Source: Balamuthia mandrillaris
Lineage: Eukaryota
Direction of reading: 5' to 3'
DNA length: 64,000 bases
NCBI GenBank assembly: GCA_031835245.2
Contig: JAVKOQ020000006.1
Location: forward strand, 186,001-250,000
Position 1 is the first letter of the stretch. Every line of letters starts with the position of its first letter. This document shows, piece after piece, positions 62,419-64,000 of the stretch. The notes beneath the pieces are model-generated. The model was given only the letters and a program-made list of their open reading frames with translations. It was not told the origin of the DNA and made no database searches. Made by a program: the position numbers and the translations under genes.

Positions 62419-62431
62419 TGAATGTACATTT

Positions 62432-63802
62432 TCATTTATTGTCGACATTAGGTGCTTCTCGTGTCGACCCATCAGAAGAGGTGGTGCTCTTCTTCGTGGT
62501 TGGTTTGTTGCTGTTCTTTTCCTCTGTCGTTGCTTCTGCTTCTCTCGCCTCTTCGTCTTCTTCTTGCTGATGCAGCAACGAATGTTGATGCTCATAGTAG
62601 TAACCAAGCCTTTGCCCTTCTCCACGGAACCGTGACTGAACGAGTTGGTTTTAGTGATTAATGCATAGGTTTTGAACAAACGAAGAGCACAACGTACAAT
62701 AGGTGCAAATAAGTTTCGAAAGTTGGACCAAACAGTTGACTCAGTGGAGGAGGATTGGCCGGTGGTATTATTACTTGTGATTGGAAGGACAGAAACGCTG
62801 CCATCAGCGTTCCTACACTTTCTCCATTCCACCGCTCGTCCTTCATCAGCAGTAGGACACGCCACAATGCTGAGCCATGAAGAAGATGATGATGGTGAAG
62901 TTGATGATACAGATAACGACATCTCCAGAGAAGCAAATGTGGCTGCACTTGGCCGCATTATGTCCAACCATCCCCATATATCTGATCGTTGTTGAAGAGT
63001 GATGTAAGATTGCAATCATAAGAAAGAAAAACAAAAAGGAAAGAGGAGAAAACACAAACACATATAGCCAACAATAATGCCAGATAAATGTCCAAGCAAC
63101 GATGCCCTTGGAAATAGTAACTGCATCACCACTAACAAGATCCAAGGATAGAGCTTGCTGGGCACCTCTATCATACCAAACAGTCTATTGTGATTTAGCA
63201 TGTGGTTCTGTGTCAGCCATCTCTTATATGTGAGAGAAAGAACAGGCACTAGCATAAACACAAACACAACCACAACCACAAGAGCAAGAAGAGAGAACAA
63301 CAAACAAGAGAGAGAGAGAGAGAGAGAGGAATGACTTGGTGGAGTTGGAAGCAAGGCTGCTATTTTGGCGGAGGACAAGAAGAGCAAAGAGAACAGCAGA
63401 GAGACCAGCGCTGCACGTCCTGTATGGCGCAAAGCCAAACATTCCGGCTGAGCCACTGTAGTGAAACAAAGTCGCAATCACTTTCGCAAAAAAGAAATGT
63501 GAGAAGAGAGAAGCAAAAAAAAATAATGGAGCAGTTGGAGAGAGAGATACCCAAGTGGAGCAACTGGGACAGAAAAGCAAAGCAACAAACAATGTCATAA
63601 AAGAAGGCGATGGAGCCCACTTTGTTCTCAATGGGAGGAGCCAACGCTTGAAACGCCAGCAGGTTGAGCACGATGTGCAAAAAGCTCAGGTGGAGGAAAT
63701 TGGCGGTCAGCAATCTGTACACTGTGCGTCGTCGTTGTGGTTTGGGTTTAGTGCTAACTAAAATGATTTGGAGACAGAAAGAAGGTGGAGCAAGCCACAC
63801 AA

Positions 63803-63838
<36 letters not shown>

Positions 63839-64000
63839 GTGAGGCAAGACAAGGGTATCGAACACTGATATTTGTGAAGGATGACTGCAGGGCTGTTGCA
63901 CAGAGCTGGAAGAAGGCTGTTGGATGGGAAGCTAAACATGCACACCACATCGTAGCAGTACAAAGCCAAACAAAGAAGGGTCAGCGCTCGTGTGGTGAGC
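62432..64000 (-). CDS. Rhomboid protease (RHBDD1/RBL15-like) with a C-terminal SHP-box-like motif; 5' end outside the window
   Basis: YRLLTANFLHLSFLHIVLN, CSAGLSAVLFALL (Ser), LYPWILLV, SLLGHLSGIIVGY (His), last exon FRGEGQRLG. Confidence 0.88.

Overview
Gene-dense, intron-rich eukaryotic genomic DNA. The gene content, the short introns loaded with (CT)n tracts and the bacterial-like intronless genes suggest a free-living amoeba or similar protist (Amoebozoa, possibly Balamuthia-like); this is inference only. About 17 protein genes were reconstructed by hand: MOGS (partial), an ARM/HEAT-repeat protein, PIG-X, a LARP4-like protein, PIKfyve/Fab1, a barstar-family protein, NAE1, a prohibitin-like protein, an IFRD-like protein, a GH31 alpha-glucosidase, TRRAP/Tra1, MED11, prolyl oligopeptidase, MRPL47, a 7-zinc-knuckle CNBP-like protein, an EngB/YihA GTPase and a rhomboid (partial). 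There is also an intronless IucA/IucC (NIS synthetase)-like gene. Highlights: (1) the IucA/IucC-like gene is split by a 378-bp antisense non-LTR-type insertion with a perfect 14-bp target-site duplication and a (CTGAA)n tail; (2) an unannotated ~180-nt structured element ends in a T6 run (candidate Pol III ncRNA); (3) an orphan bacterial-type barstar; (4) perfect TGACGTCA palindromes seen only in promoter gaps; (5) unusual intron architecture with several GC-AG introns. Gene boundaries and splice sites were read by eye. Family assignments come from recognised motifs, not database searches.
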